Source: Chthonomonadaceae bacterium
GTDB taxonomy: Bacteria; Armatimonadota; Chthonomonadetes; Chthonomonadales; Chthonomonadaceae
Direction: 5' to 3'
Length of the DNA: 64,000 bases
Assembly: GCA_025352825.1 (NCBI GenBank)
Contig: JANXSG010000017.1
Span: 755 to 64,754 of the forward strand
Made by a program: the position numbers and the translations under genes. Below, one piece after another: positions 1-8,924 of this stretch. The notes beneath the pieces are model-generated. The model was given only the letters and a program-made list of their open reading frames with translations. It was not told where the DNA came from and searched no databases. Every line of letters begins with the position of its first letter. The stretch's first letter is position 1.

Positions 1-4
1 TATC

Positions 5-33
5 TTGACACTCGCCCTTCGAGAGGGTACACT
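5..33 (+). promoter_or_regulatory. candidate sigma70-type promoter for the tRNA gene
   Basis: TTGACA (5-10), 17-nt spacer, TACACT (28-33), about 15 nt before the tRNA 5' end. Confidence 0.4.
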
Positions 34-48
34 ATGTTTCGTGCCTGT

Positions 49-120
49 GGGCCTATAGCTCAATGGTGGAGCGGCCGGCTCATAACTGGTTGGTTGTAGG
101 TTCGAATCCTACTGGGCCCA
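49..120 (+). tRNA. tRNA-Met, anticodon CAT (elongator type; tRNA-Ile2/lysidine not excluded)
   Basis: Hand-folded cloverleaf: acceptor 49-55/113-119, D stem 58-61/69-72, anticodon stem 74-78/86-90 with CAT at 81-83, T arm GTAGG-TTCGAAT-CCTAC at 96-112, discriminator A120. CCA is not encoded. Confidence 0.85.
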
Positions 121-132
121 TATTTAACAACT

Positions 133-170
133 TCGCCTCCTCTGAATATTTCATGGGAGGCGATTATTTT
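133..170 (+). terminator. candidate intrinsic terminator after the tRNA
   Basis: TCGCCTCC (133-140) pairs with GGAGGCGA (156-163), followed by TTATTTT. Confidence 0.45.
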
Positions 171-246
171 AACATAAGTGTATTAACTTCAGCCTTGAAC
201 TTAACAGTCAACCTTGATAAAAAGTTTCTTTCGAACTCCTCAATTC

Positions 247-364
247 AATCTGCGCTAATCTGCGCAATCTGTGGATAAAAATCTAAGACCTGTGCGACTT
301 CGATAGATTTACGTTCCTGGATTACATACATTATATCCGCAGATTACGCAGATGAGCGCAGATT
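247..364. repeat. 30-bp imperfect inverted repeat built from tandem AATCTGCGC-like units, 58-nt loop
   Basis: The 247-276 arm is the reverse complement of the 335-364 arm at 27/30 positions. It lies between the convergent tRNA and rmuC. Confidence 0.7.
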
Positions 365-429
365 AAGTTATCTTTTTAGTACATACGCACTACTCAAGTT
401 AAATTCTTATGGTTCGTTCGTAATTTGTG

Positions 430-2253
430 CTAGTTATCCATTGCAGTGAGGGAAAGATCAGCAGTTATCAAATCATCATGATCGTTCAGCCCTGGCAGCT
501 CGGGAACTACGAGATGTCTGATCGCAGTGTCTACCGTATCTGGTACCACCAGTGGAGCGCTCGTTCCAGCTCCTAGCTCTCTCATGCGATTGGCAGAAGG
601 GGTGAGTCTGCTGCTTACTGATGAGACGATATCGTTGTAGCTCTCCGCCGCAATTCGGATATGCCTACCATGCGATCCCAGCAGAGTAAGTACCTTTTCG
701 AGTCTATCACAGAGCTGTTTGCCAAGGTTACGAACCTCCTCCGTGTTCTGCTGCATACGTTCCTCATTGAGGACATAGGTGGCCAGGTGTACCAGGTTCA
801 TGAGTGTCATCGGGTTAGCGAGAATAATCCTGGATCTGTGGGCGTCGTCCAGCAGGGATCGGTCGTTCTCGCAGGCGATCTGATAGGCGGCTTCGTACGG
901 CAGGAATAAGATGACATAGGGAGGCGATTCCGAATATCTCGACCAGTACTCCTTTTTCTCCAGCGCCTTGACATGCCCTCGCACTGCCTTCGCATGTTCC
1001 TGGCATCGTCGAGTTTTCTCCGCTTCGTCGTCCGTTTCCATCGCCATCATATACTGATCCAGCGGAGCCTTTGAATCGATGATGATTTTTCTGCCGCGCG
1101 GCAGATACACGACCACATCGGTACGAAGAGTTTTGCCGTCTTCCTCCGTGCTGTTTTGAACATCGAAGTTTTTGCCCTGCTGCCACCCCGAAGACTCCAA
1201 AATCGAGATAAGCTGGCCTTCGCCCCAGCTCCCCCGCACCGAGGGTTTCTTGAGAGCGCTCACCAATGAATCGCTGGTCTTGCTTAAATTTTCTATTGTA
1301 TTTTTCAGAACGCCGAAAGATTCGGCGCGCTCTTTGTTCATATCGTGCGTGAGTTTTTCCAGATCACCCAGCTCTTTTTGCACCGGTTCGAGCAGTCTTT
1401 CGATCTCTTTCTTCTCGTTTTCAGAGCGTTTCGCAGCTCCCTCCTGCTCCTCTTTGAAACGGTTCTGCGCAAGATCGAGAAAATTCTTGGTGGCTTCCTG
1501 GAGCGCTTTGGTCGAAGCATCTCCAAAAGTGACTTTCAATGTCTCATCTGCTTTTTCGATATAAGATTTTAGCTCTTCGAAAGACTTCTGCTGAGCGGAG
1601 AGTTCTTTGAGATGCGCTTCACGCAGCACTTTCTCAATGCGTTCCTGGTCGGCTTTTAACGCGGATATCTGATTTGCATTTTCGTTTTCACGAATTCGAA
1701 ACTGTGCACGGAGTGAATCCAATTCATTATCGTGTGCGATTTTTATCGACTGCAGTTCGCGAACATGACTCGTCGATAAATTGGTGATAGCTTCCTCTTT
1801 GCTTCTTTCCGACTCGTTTGCACGGGCTACTGCTGAGCTCAACTCTCTCTCCAGAGTTTGGATACGCACGCGAAAACTCTCTTGTTCAGTTCTGTAGATT
1901 TCACGCTCATTGCGCAGAGCTTCGGCCTGCTCTGCAGCGGAACTGCCCATCGCCTGTGCATGGGCAGTCGTAGCTGCCTGTTGTTCGATCTTGGCCTGAG
2001 CAGTGTTTAGAAGCTCTTCCAGTCTAAGCCGCTCAGACTGATAGTTCACAGTGTCGTTTGCTCTGGATTCTTTTTCACGAATGAGATCCTGCACGGCCAG
2101 TTCTGACTTTGTCTTAAACTCTTGGAGGTTTTTTTCTAATTCCTGCTGACCACTATCCGCCTTAGCCCGTGATCTTAACTGGATAAGTGAAGCACCGATT
2201 ACCCCGCCGAGTACAAGTCCTGCAAGAAGCATTACAATACTGTTCGAAGACAT
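430..2253 (-). CDS. rmuC: DNA recombination protein RmuC
   Basis: 607-aa ORF with an N-terminal TM helix, a long coiled-coil, and a C-terminal RmuC-type region (VVVYLPRGRKIIIDSKAPL ... ILANPMTLMNLVH). Confidence 0.85.
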   Translation of the reverse strand: MSSNSIVMLLAGLVLGGVIGASLIQLRSRAKADSGQQELEKNLQEFKTKSELAVQDLIREKESRANDTVNYQSERLRLEELLNTAQAKIEQQAATTAHAQAMGSSAAEQAEALRNEREIYRTEQESFRVRIQTLERELSSAVARANESERSKEEAITNLSTSHVRELQSIKIAHDNELDSLRAQFRIRENENANQISALKADQERIEKVLREAHLKELSAQQKSFEELKSYIEKADETLKVTFGDASTKALQEATKNFLDLAQNRFKEEQEGAAKRSENEKKEIERLLEPVQKELGDLEKLTHDMNKERAESFGVLKNTIENLSKTSDSLVSALKKPSVRGSWGEGQLISILESSGWQQGKNFDVQNSTEEDGKTLRTDVVVYLPRGRKIIIDSKAPLDQYMMAMETDDEAEKTRRCQEHAKAVRGHVKALEKKEYWSRYSESPPYVILFLPYEAAYQIACENDRSLLDDAHRSRIILANPMTLMNLVHLATYVLNEERMQQNTEEVRNLGKQLCDRLEKVLTLLGSHGRHIRIAAESYNDIVSSVSSRLTPSANRMRELGAGTSAPLVVPDTVDTAIRHLVVPELPGLNDHDDLITADLSLTAMDN

Positions 2254-2345
2254 TTTTAATCCTAACCTGGCAGTGCCAGTACCAAAAGTAGTGTCAGTAT
2301 CAAAGTAACTTTCTATGAATGATAATGCGGTAATAGCATCGACAA

Positions 2346-2812
2346 GCCCTCACCCCCGGCCCCCTCTGCCGAATCTTCGGGAGAGGAGGTGACTTTGGCA
2401 TGGGGTTCCCATATCTCCGTAAAGTTTTTAACCAGTCGCTTGTCATTTCCCACGTAGTGGAAAATTGAAGATCAAATATCTATAGCTCCCCTCACCCTTG
2501 CTTCGGGAGTGAGTCGGGGGCAAATGCTTTAGGTTAAGGATTCTACGGGGGGCTAAAGGGGCTGCGAAAGTAATCCTAAATATCACCAATTCAGTGCCCG
2601 GCAATGTGCAGGTGAATAAATTGGATTACTTTCACAGCCCCTTTAGCCCTTCGCTATAAAGTGCAAATGTCCTGCGGACATGAATTCGTGTCCTCAGGAC
2701 ACTCGCTTTTTCCAGCGAAGGGCTTTAGCCCGTCGCAGAAACAGTGCTCAAAACAACACAAAAATCCTTAACCTATCGCCTATGGGGGCCGGGGGGTGAG
2801 GGCTGAATCTTG
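2346..2812. repeat. cluster of nested palindromic repeats (C-family ends plus inner hairpins)
   Basis: C-type copy at 2346-2466 (reverse complement of 32165-32283). Outer inverted repeat (IR) CCCCTCACCC (2488) / GGGGTGAGGG (2795). Inner IR 2532-2542/2763-2773. 27-bp hairpin 2549-2576/2623-2649. 9-bp hairpin 2647-2655/2714-2722. Confidence 0.8.
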
Positions 2813-3088
2813 TGAATATTATTATTTTTATGTTGCTTAGATTATGTATTGTATATAAATTGAGCGCTATCTAACTTCCACTCAAATAATTTTGTGTTTT
2901 GCGGAAAGTATTCTTTCTATTCTGAGTGACCGAACTCCTCTGTCAAGAGTGGCATTGAGGAGTATTCTGAAAGGCAAAAAATCGGAGAAAGTTACCCAGG
3001 TAGTTTTACTGGAAATTTGTATCATGGCTAATTATGAAACGGGCTTTTTCCGATAAACACGTTACTCATAACTGTTTCTGGAGAAAAT

Positions 3089-3760
3089 ATGATGCATTTG
3101 ACGACTAAGCTGACGTGTGTCGAGTTTCCGAAAATCGGACTTGAAATACTGGGAGAAATTATCGACAGAGATACGAAGCAGGCGACTATAAAACTCTTTG
3201 ATAATAGAAATGGTTATGGTAAGATACATCTGGGTGAAACAGGAGTTATGACTGAACTTGAGGATAGTTTTATCAGCAGGTTAGCGATTGAGGTAGCGGA
3301 AACCAGCCCCGAGCAGATATCATTGAGGTTCACAGAAGAACCATTCACAATTTTCAGACGCAAAGATCATCGTATAAACTGGGATACAGAAGTCTTAATT
3401 ATTGAAAAAGGCAAAGACTCTTCAGGTTCTCGCAGCCTCAAAGTCAGATCCACGAATATAAGTGCTGGCGGCATCTCTGTCAATATAGCGGGAAAACACT
3501 CTATTTCAGATGACGTCGAAGTATCTTTCTCACTACCGGAGATCGAAGAATGCCAGGCAGGTGCAGGCAATTTTCCAGTACCTGGACTCAGGCTTATCGA
3601 CGATAATAAAAAGTCGCGGGGATTTGAAATCAAATCCAGGGCTGAGAAGGTTTTTCAACAGAGCACATCTTCCGGTGGCACCGTTTTTGGTTTAAGATTT
3701 TTAAACCTCAGTGGCGCAGCAGAGCAGCAGCTTAAACTCTTCACGAATCCTTCTGAGTAG
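3089..3760 (+). CDS. PilZ-domain protein (putative c-di-GMP receptor)
   Basis: RBS GGAGA. The C-terminal half carries the PilZ signatures RKDHR (RxxxR) and NISAGG (D/NxSxxG). Confidence 0.7.
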   Translation: MMHLTTKLTCVEFPKIGLEILGEIIDRDTKQATIKLFDNRNGYGKIHLGETGVMTELEDSFISRLAIEVAETSPEQISLRFTEEPFTIFRRKDHRINWDTEVLIIEKGKDSSGSRSLKVRSTNISAGGISVNIAGKHSISDDVEVSFSLPEIEECQAGAGNFPVPGLRLIDDNKKSRGFEIKSRAEKVFQQSTSSGGTVFGLRFLNLSGAAEQQLKLFTNPSE

Positions 3761-3923
3761 TGTGGTGAAGCAGACTAACCCATGTGCTGCACATTGTGTT
3801 CCAGCGGAAATACAGAAAATGGAAGCTGCAAGAGGAGTATGATAATCTGCACACGAATAGTCCAGCATGAGATTTAAGTTATCCCCAAATCATACGTGTT
3901 TAGATGGCTGGAGAGTGTGAAAG

Positions 3924-4886
3924 ATGAGTATTCGAGCAGGTGTTCTGACGGTAAGTGATGGCTGTTCCCGTGGTGAAAGGGAAGATATCTCTGGCAGAGT
4001 CCTTGCTGAAGGGTTAATCCAGGCAGGAATTGAAGTAGCAGAAAGGGCACTGGCAACGGATGATATGCCCGTCATTCAAAAGATACTTCGCGAATGGTGC
4101 TCACAAGATTTTGGGTTGATTATCACTACTGGCGGTACCGGGTTTGCTCCGCGGGACATCACTCCAGAAGCTACACGAAGCGTCATTGAGCGTGAAGCGC
4201 CAGGGCTGGCAGAGCTGCTGAGATGGAAAGGCTATCAGAAGCTGGATAGGGCTGTCCTCTCCCGAGGATTGGCGGGAATCTGCCAGCGTTCACTGATTAT
4301 TAATTTGCCAGGAAGTGTGGGTGGTGTGCGCGATGGATTGGAGATACTGCTTCCACTTATTCCTCATGCGATTGCCATTATTCGAGATGAGCCGGTGGAT
4401 CACACTCCGCTTCCGGCTGGCGCGCCTACTCCTCAGACCGATGCTCCGCCCGCCACCATTATCTCACTCGAAACAAACATTGACGACCTCTCTCCGGAAT
4501 TCTATGAGCTGCTAATGGAACGACTGTTCGAAGCAGGTGCACTGGATGTCTATCTCACTCCCATCCAAATGAAAAAATCAAGGCCAGCTTTGCTGCTCAC
4601 CGTCCTCGCACCGCTCGATATTGCTTCTGATTTGACTAATATTATGTTTGTGGAAACATCGACATTCGGAATCCGCACATCCAGACTCGACCGTTTTACA
4701 CTCGATCGAAAATGGGTGACAGTAGAAACTGAGTATGGCGCTCTACGGATTAAAGTAGGAAGCAGAAAAGGAATCGTGATGAGCGCATCCCCAGAATATG
4801 AAGATCTGAAAGCGGCTGCAAAGTTACACTCTCTGCCTCTCAAAAAAGTGTATGAGGAAGCCATCAAATCTTATCATAAACTTTGA
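3924..4886 (+). CDS. MogA/MoaB-type molybdopterin adenylyltransferase domain fused to a LarC C-terminal (DUF111) domain
   Basis: N-terminal half has GVLTVSDG ... IITTGGTGFAPRD ... INLPGS (MogA/MoaB). A Pro-rich linker follows, then LETNIDDLSPE ... GALDVYLTPIQMKKSRPA ... ETSTFGIRT (LarC/DUF111 C-terminal half). RBS GGAGAG. Confidence 0.75.
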   Translation: MSIRAGVLTVSDGCSRGEREDISGRVLAEGLIQAGIEVAERALATDDMPVIQKILREWCSQDFGLIITTGGTGFAPRDITPEATRSVIEREAPGLAELLRWKGYQKLDRAVLSRGLAGICQRSLIINLPGSVGGVRDGLEILLPLIPHAIAIIRDEPVDHTPLPAGAPTPQTDAPPATIISLETNIDDLSPEFYELLMERLFEAGALDVYLTPIQMKKSRPALLLTVLAPLDIASDLTNIMFVETSTFGIRTSRLDRFTLDRKWVTVETEYGALRIKVGSRKGIVMSASPEYEDLKAAAKLHSLPLKKVYEEAIKSYHKL

Positions 4887-5111
4887 CTAATCTTCATCAG
4901 TGAGTCCCCCCAGTAGTTCTCGAGCCTGCTTAAGCCGGTCTGATTTCGTATCTCCCATTTCGCGCAGTTTCATTAAATCTGAATAGGACAGCGTGATGCT
5001 GCTGGCACCATCAAGATCAGCTCCGATCAAGTTCAAAACGATGTATCCGTCGGGGTCAGATTTACCTTGCAGTGTGGTTGTATAACGAATTCGGTTCTTC
5101 GGAAATAGCAT
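4887..5111 (-). CDS. small hypothetical protein (74 aa)
   Basis: An internal ATG at 5111 is preceded by GGAGGA at 7-nt spacing. The longer 103-aa form in the track lacks an RBS. Confidence 0.4.
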   Translation of the reverse strand: MLFPKNRIRYTTTLQGKSDPDGYIVLNLIGADLDGASSITLSYSDLMKLREMGDTKSDRLKQARELLGGLTDED

Positions 5112-5226
5112 TGGAGTTCCTCCAAATTCAAAAAATCTTATAATGCAAGTCAGAACTATTGGTATGTAATGATACCGGATTTTGTAAATTCGGTACAATC
5201 AAATTAGCATTCACCGAGAATGCAAA

Positions 5227-5256
5227 TTGACAAACAGAATGGGAGTGGGCTATACT
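5227..5256 (+). promoter_or_regulatory. candidate sigma70-type promoter upstream of the aminotransferase gene
   Basis: TTGACA (5227-5232), 18-nt spacer, TATACT (5251-5256). Confidence 0.4.
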
Positions 5257-5358
5257 AGGCAATCTGAATCATATTTGAAGGGTTCCAAAATACTCGGGGA
5301 TCATATTCTATATTCTGAAAAAATGAAGTAGGTGACACCAGAGTGATCATGAGTTGTT

Positions 5359-6585
5359 ATGGACGAAAAGAGCATCTTTCACACGGCGGTGCCGCCTTGC
5401 AAACCGCTCAATAAAACTATCTTAAGCTGCCCTCCCTCTGGAATCCGCCGTTTTTTTGATCTAGCGGATAGGGGAGGAGATGTTATATCGCTAAGCGTAG
5501 GTGAGCCAGACTATATCTCGCCGCTTTGTGTAAGACAAGCAGGAATACGCTCTTTGGAGCAGGGAATCACCTCCTACACTTCCAATAGCGGGCTGTTAGC
5601 TTTAAGAGAATCCATCTGTACAATGCTCAAGAATCGGCATGGTGTGCAGTACGATCCAGTTTCAGAATGCCTGATCACGGTTGGAGTTTCGGAAGGTTTG
5701 GATCTGGCTCTACGGGTGATTCTTAATCCAGGGGATGAGGTACTCGTTCCTGAACCTTGCTATGTCTCCTACATGCCAAATGTTGAGTTTGCGGGTGGAA
5801 TACCTGTACCTGTGAAAACGGATGCAGCCGATGGTTTTCGACTTCATGCGGACAGAGTAGAAGCAGCAATTACACCACGTACGAAAGCGCTGCTGCTGGG
5901 CTCTCCGGCGAACCCAACTGGCGCAACACAATCTCGTGCTGATCTCGAACGGTTAGTTGATCTAGCCAATAAATACGATTTTTATCTTGTCTCCGATGAG
6001 ATCTATGAGCGGCTGACTTACGTTGGTGAGCATACATGTCTCAGCTCTCTCACAGGCGCACGGGAAAGAACGGTACTGCTGAATGGGTTCTCGAAAGCGT
6101 ATGCTATGACGGGGTGGCGCATAGGCTATGCATGTGCTCCGGCCAGTATCGCTCAGTTAATGACTCGAGTACATCAGTACACCATGCTATGCGCACCACA
6201 TATCGCTCAGTTGGCTGCTATTGAGGCTCTTGCGCATGCAGAGCCAGATGTGCTGAACATGGTTGCTGATTATGATCGCAGAAGAAAAATGTTTGTCAGC
6301 GGCTTGAATGATCTGGGACTCGATTGCTATGAACCGCAAGGCGCATTCTATGCTTTTCCTTCCATTCGTCGTTTTGGATTAAGTTCAGAAGAGTTTGCGG
6401 GCCGGCTGTTGGATGAGGAGAGAGTTGCGTTGGTTCCTGGGAGTGCTTTCGGCCCTTCCGGAGAAGGTCATGTGCGCTGCTGCTATGCTTCTGCTGTACC
6501 GAAGCTGGAAGAGGCGCTCGTAAGATTAGGGCGATTCTTGAATAGGCTGAAACCAGGATTGAGTTCCATTAAAGCCGGAGCATGA
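5359..6585 (+). CDS. class I/II PLP-dependent aminotransferase (aspartate-aminotransferase-like)
   Basis: 408-aa ORF with NPTG and SKAYAMTGWRIGY (PLP-lysine region). Confidence 0.85.
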   Translation: MDEKSIFHTAVPPCKPLNKTILSCPPSGIRRFFDLADRGGDVISLSVGEPDYISPLCVRQAGIRSLEQGITSYTSNSGLLALRESICTMLKNRHGVQYDPVSECLITVGVSEGLDLALRVILNPGDEVLVPEPCYVSYMPNVEFAGGIPVPVKTDAADGFRLHADRVEAAITPRTKALLLGSPANPTGATQSRADLERLVDLANKYDFYLVSDEIYERLTYVGEHTCLSSLTGARERTVLLNGFSKAYAMTGWRIGYACAPASIAQLMTRVHQYTMLCAPHIAQLAAIEALAHAEPDVLNMVADYDRRRKMFVSGLNDLGLDCYEPQGAFYAFPSIRRFGLSSEEFAGRLLDEERVALVPGSAFGPSGEGHVRCCYASAVPKLEEALVRLGRFLNRLKPGLSSIKAGA

Positions 6586-7259
6586 GCAGAACTCTTATGG
6601 GGTACGGAAAGTCTAAATCTTCGGAGAGTATTGAACATAAGTTGCGATGGCTATTTCCGCTGCTGATGTCTGCTGGCTTTGCAAGTTCAATTCGTGCTGA
6701 AAGAATAGTATTAGCGCCCGACGCGAATACTCTAGACCCGAAAAGCTATAAAACGTCCTTTCTAATTCGACCAGATTCAGGGAATTCAAATATCTCCTGG
6801 CTTACTGTGTCGACGGCCCAAAGTATCGAAATTGAAGTACAGCGACAGCATAATATGGGAGATAAGCGAGCGCTTACCGGGCTTAATGTGGAGTATCCAT
6901 TTTTATCGGAATTAGGTGCAGTTCCTGCTGTATCCGTTGGTGTTAGAGATTTGCTGGGAACTGGAAGCGAGCACCATTCGTTGTACTTAGCAGTGGCACG
7001 CACAATCCCATTATCGAACTCCCAAGCAAAGATAGTGCGATCTTTGAAGCTTGATGCAGGAGTTGGTACAGAGAGAATCAATGGCTTATTTGGCGGGTTG
7101 CAAATAGTTTTCAGATCCGGCATGGATGTTCAGTTGGAAGGGCTCAGAAAAAGATTTAATTTTGGGATAGGTCTTCCAGTGGCACACAATGTGCAGGTAC
7201 GTGCATCGGGGTTGAATGGAGTGATATTTTATGGGCTGACTTTTTCTACTGCCCATTAA
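6582..7259 (+). CDS. hypothetical secreted or outer-membrane protein
   Basis: ATGA overlap with the upstream gene, a signal-peptide-like N-terminus, and alternating beta-strand-like composition. No firm family recognised. Confidence 0.5.
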   Translation: MSRTLMGYGKSKSSESIEHKLRWLFPLLMSAGFASSIRAERIVLAPDANTLDPKSYKTSFLIRPDSGNSNISWLTVSTAQSIEIEVQRQHNMGDKRALTGLNVEYPFLSELGAVPAVSVGVRDLLGTGSEHHSLYLAVARTIPLSNSQAKIVRSLKLDAGVGTERINGLFGGLQIVFRSGMDVQLEGLRKRFNFGIGLPVAHNVQVRASGLNGVIFYGLTFSTAH

Positions 7260-7263
7260 GAGT

Positions 7264-8496
7264 GTGAAGTATAGAAGTGAGGACTTAGCAAGTAAGATGA
7301 CCATGAACCCTGCAGGCGATAACCGACGAGTGGTACTCATCAAAAGCCTGGCTACAAATAATCGTTTCTACGCTATAGTGAATTCGGATAGTGAAATACG
7401 CAATGCGGATATGATTGAGAGTATCCCAAATGATCTTCTTCTCGGCGTGGCGTATCCCTGCCTCGAAGATGGACTGAACGATTTTGCTGTCATTCGCACC
7501 ACATTTGAAACTCTCGATCTCTTCCCTGATGACGATCCAATTAGGGAAGAGATGATGGAAATTATAAATGACGCCCGATCAAATCTACTGCGAAGACTTT
7601 TTGAACTCCGTGATAAAATACGCGATAACAAAGCCCATTTTTTAGGTACCGACTACAACGAATTCAAAACATATACGCTTGATATTGTTCGTCGAGGCTA
7701 TCCACGCAGAAATCTCGACAGCATGATGAAATTAAATGTTTTTGGATCTGTAGCAGAAGCTGAAGGGCATTCAGATTCGAACGATCTGCTCTATTTCTAC
7801 GAATTTGGCCTCACGGTCAATATGGGGCAGCTTGAAATGATGCCGCCTCGAGAATTTATAGTAACTCTTTTTGAAGATGTCCTCATTAGTGTGCAGGATG
7901 ATAGTTATTACAAGAACAAATATCAGTTCGATCGCAATGTATTCCAGAAATTTATAGCAGTTATGTTCGTGAACTACGCCACTACAGACCCCATGTTCTA
8001 CGGTATTAATAAGCGTGATTATGGAGTTTCGGGTGACAAAGATATGGATGGCACACCGCTCTATATCGCAATCCGAAGAGAGCTAACGGAGATTGAAGAG
8101 AGATTTGCACTCAATGGTTCGGCTCCCGCAACGATACCACCGATAACACCCGTGTCATCAAAGCCTGCTCCAGCTCTCTCTGAGACTATTCTAACTTCCG
8201 AAGATTCTATTCCATCATTTCTCATACCTGCAAATAACGAAACTCTAGATCATGCGGGACGTATCTCCTATGATGAAGCCTCCAACCTGCTTCCTGGCGA
8301 GCTTGTAAACGAAGATGTTTTGATGGGGCCGATTACGTCTTTATGTTCTGCAGCGAGTCTGCTAATTCGTAAATCTGATCCTGAAACAGAGAGATTCGCC
8401 CGAGTGATACTTGCAGATGCCTCCAGATTAGTCGCTGAATTAAAACGTCTTGGCATTCTATCCCCTGTGGCGAACGATCCCGGGTCGTTGGGTTGA
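7264..8496 (+). CDS. hypothetical protein (410 aa)
   Basis: Long ORF 4 nt after the previous stop. GTG start at 7264, alternative ATG at 7297. AT-richer than neighbours by spot count. No motif recognised. Confidence 0.55.
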   Translation: MKYRSEDLASKMTMNPAGDNRRVVLIKSLATNNRFYAIVNSDSEIRNADMIESIPNDLLLGVAYPCLEDGLNDFAVIRTTFETLDLFPDDDPIREEMMEIINDARSNLLRRLFELRDKIRDNKAHFLGTDYNEFKTYTLDIVRRGYPRRNLDSMMKLNVFGSVAEAEGHSDSNDLLYFYEFGLTVNMGQLEMMPPREFIVTLFEDVLISVQDDSYYKNKYQFDRNVFQKFIAVMFVNYATTDPMFYGINKRDYGVSGDKDMDGTPLYIAIRRELTEIEERFALNGSAPATIPPITPVSSKPAPALSETILTSEDSIPSFLIPANNETLDHAGRISYDEASNLLPGELVNEDVLMGPITSLCSAASLLIRKSDPETERFARVILADASRLVAELKRLGILSPVANDPGSLG

Positions 8497-8571
8497 TAAC
8501 TATCTCACGATATTAATCTGAATACGTACCAGATATTATGAGGATATTGATTCAATTTATAGCTTGTTTGC

Positions 8572-8600
8572 TTGACTTTTTTAATCTGTGAAGCTAAAAT
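8572..8600 (+). promoter_or_regulatory. candidate sigma70-type promoter about 325 nt upstream of shc
   Basis: TTGACT (8572-8577), 17-nt spacer, TAAAAT (8595-8600). Confidence 0.35.
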
Positions 8601-8924
8601 GATCCATTAAGTGAATTGCAGAATGAAATCCTGAGTATGTAAATTTTATTGGTATCACAGGTCGCTGAAAGATGCGCTGTGCGAACTGTAAATTATAAGT
8701 ACATATTGATATTCTGCAGTGCGAGAATGTTCAATTATCAAAGCATTCCTGTAAATTATGACATGGAATTAAGGCTCGTTTACGACTCAGTTTCGCAAAG
8801 TTATTTCCATGAATGTTGTGTCTCTAGAATAACACCTGACCGTACCGTCAGAAACAATAAAGTATAAACTCAGGATGCAAATCGAAAACACAACTGCCCG
8901 ATACTTTCTTCGGACGGAGAATCG

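Noticed and set aside
63-278. 71-aa ORF overlapping the tRNA gene
   Set aside because: It starts inside the tRNA-Met cloverleaf and runs through its terminator. It is an artefact of the ORF finder.
1-430. Integrated mobile element at the tRNA gene
   Set aside because: There is no integrase or recombinase ORF, and no direct repeat of the tRNA 3' end is visible nearby. The next gene is housekeeping rmuC.
2254-3088. RNase P RNA, tmRNA, SRP or 6S RNA hidden in the large ORF-free spacer
   Set aside because: None of the universally conserved blocks I know is present. I looked for the RNase P GAGGAAAGUCC, the tmRNA tag ORF with tRNA-like 3' end, and the SRP GGAAGCAGCC. The structure is explained by nested repeats.
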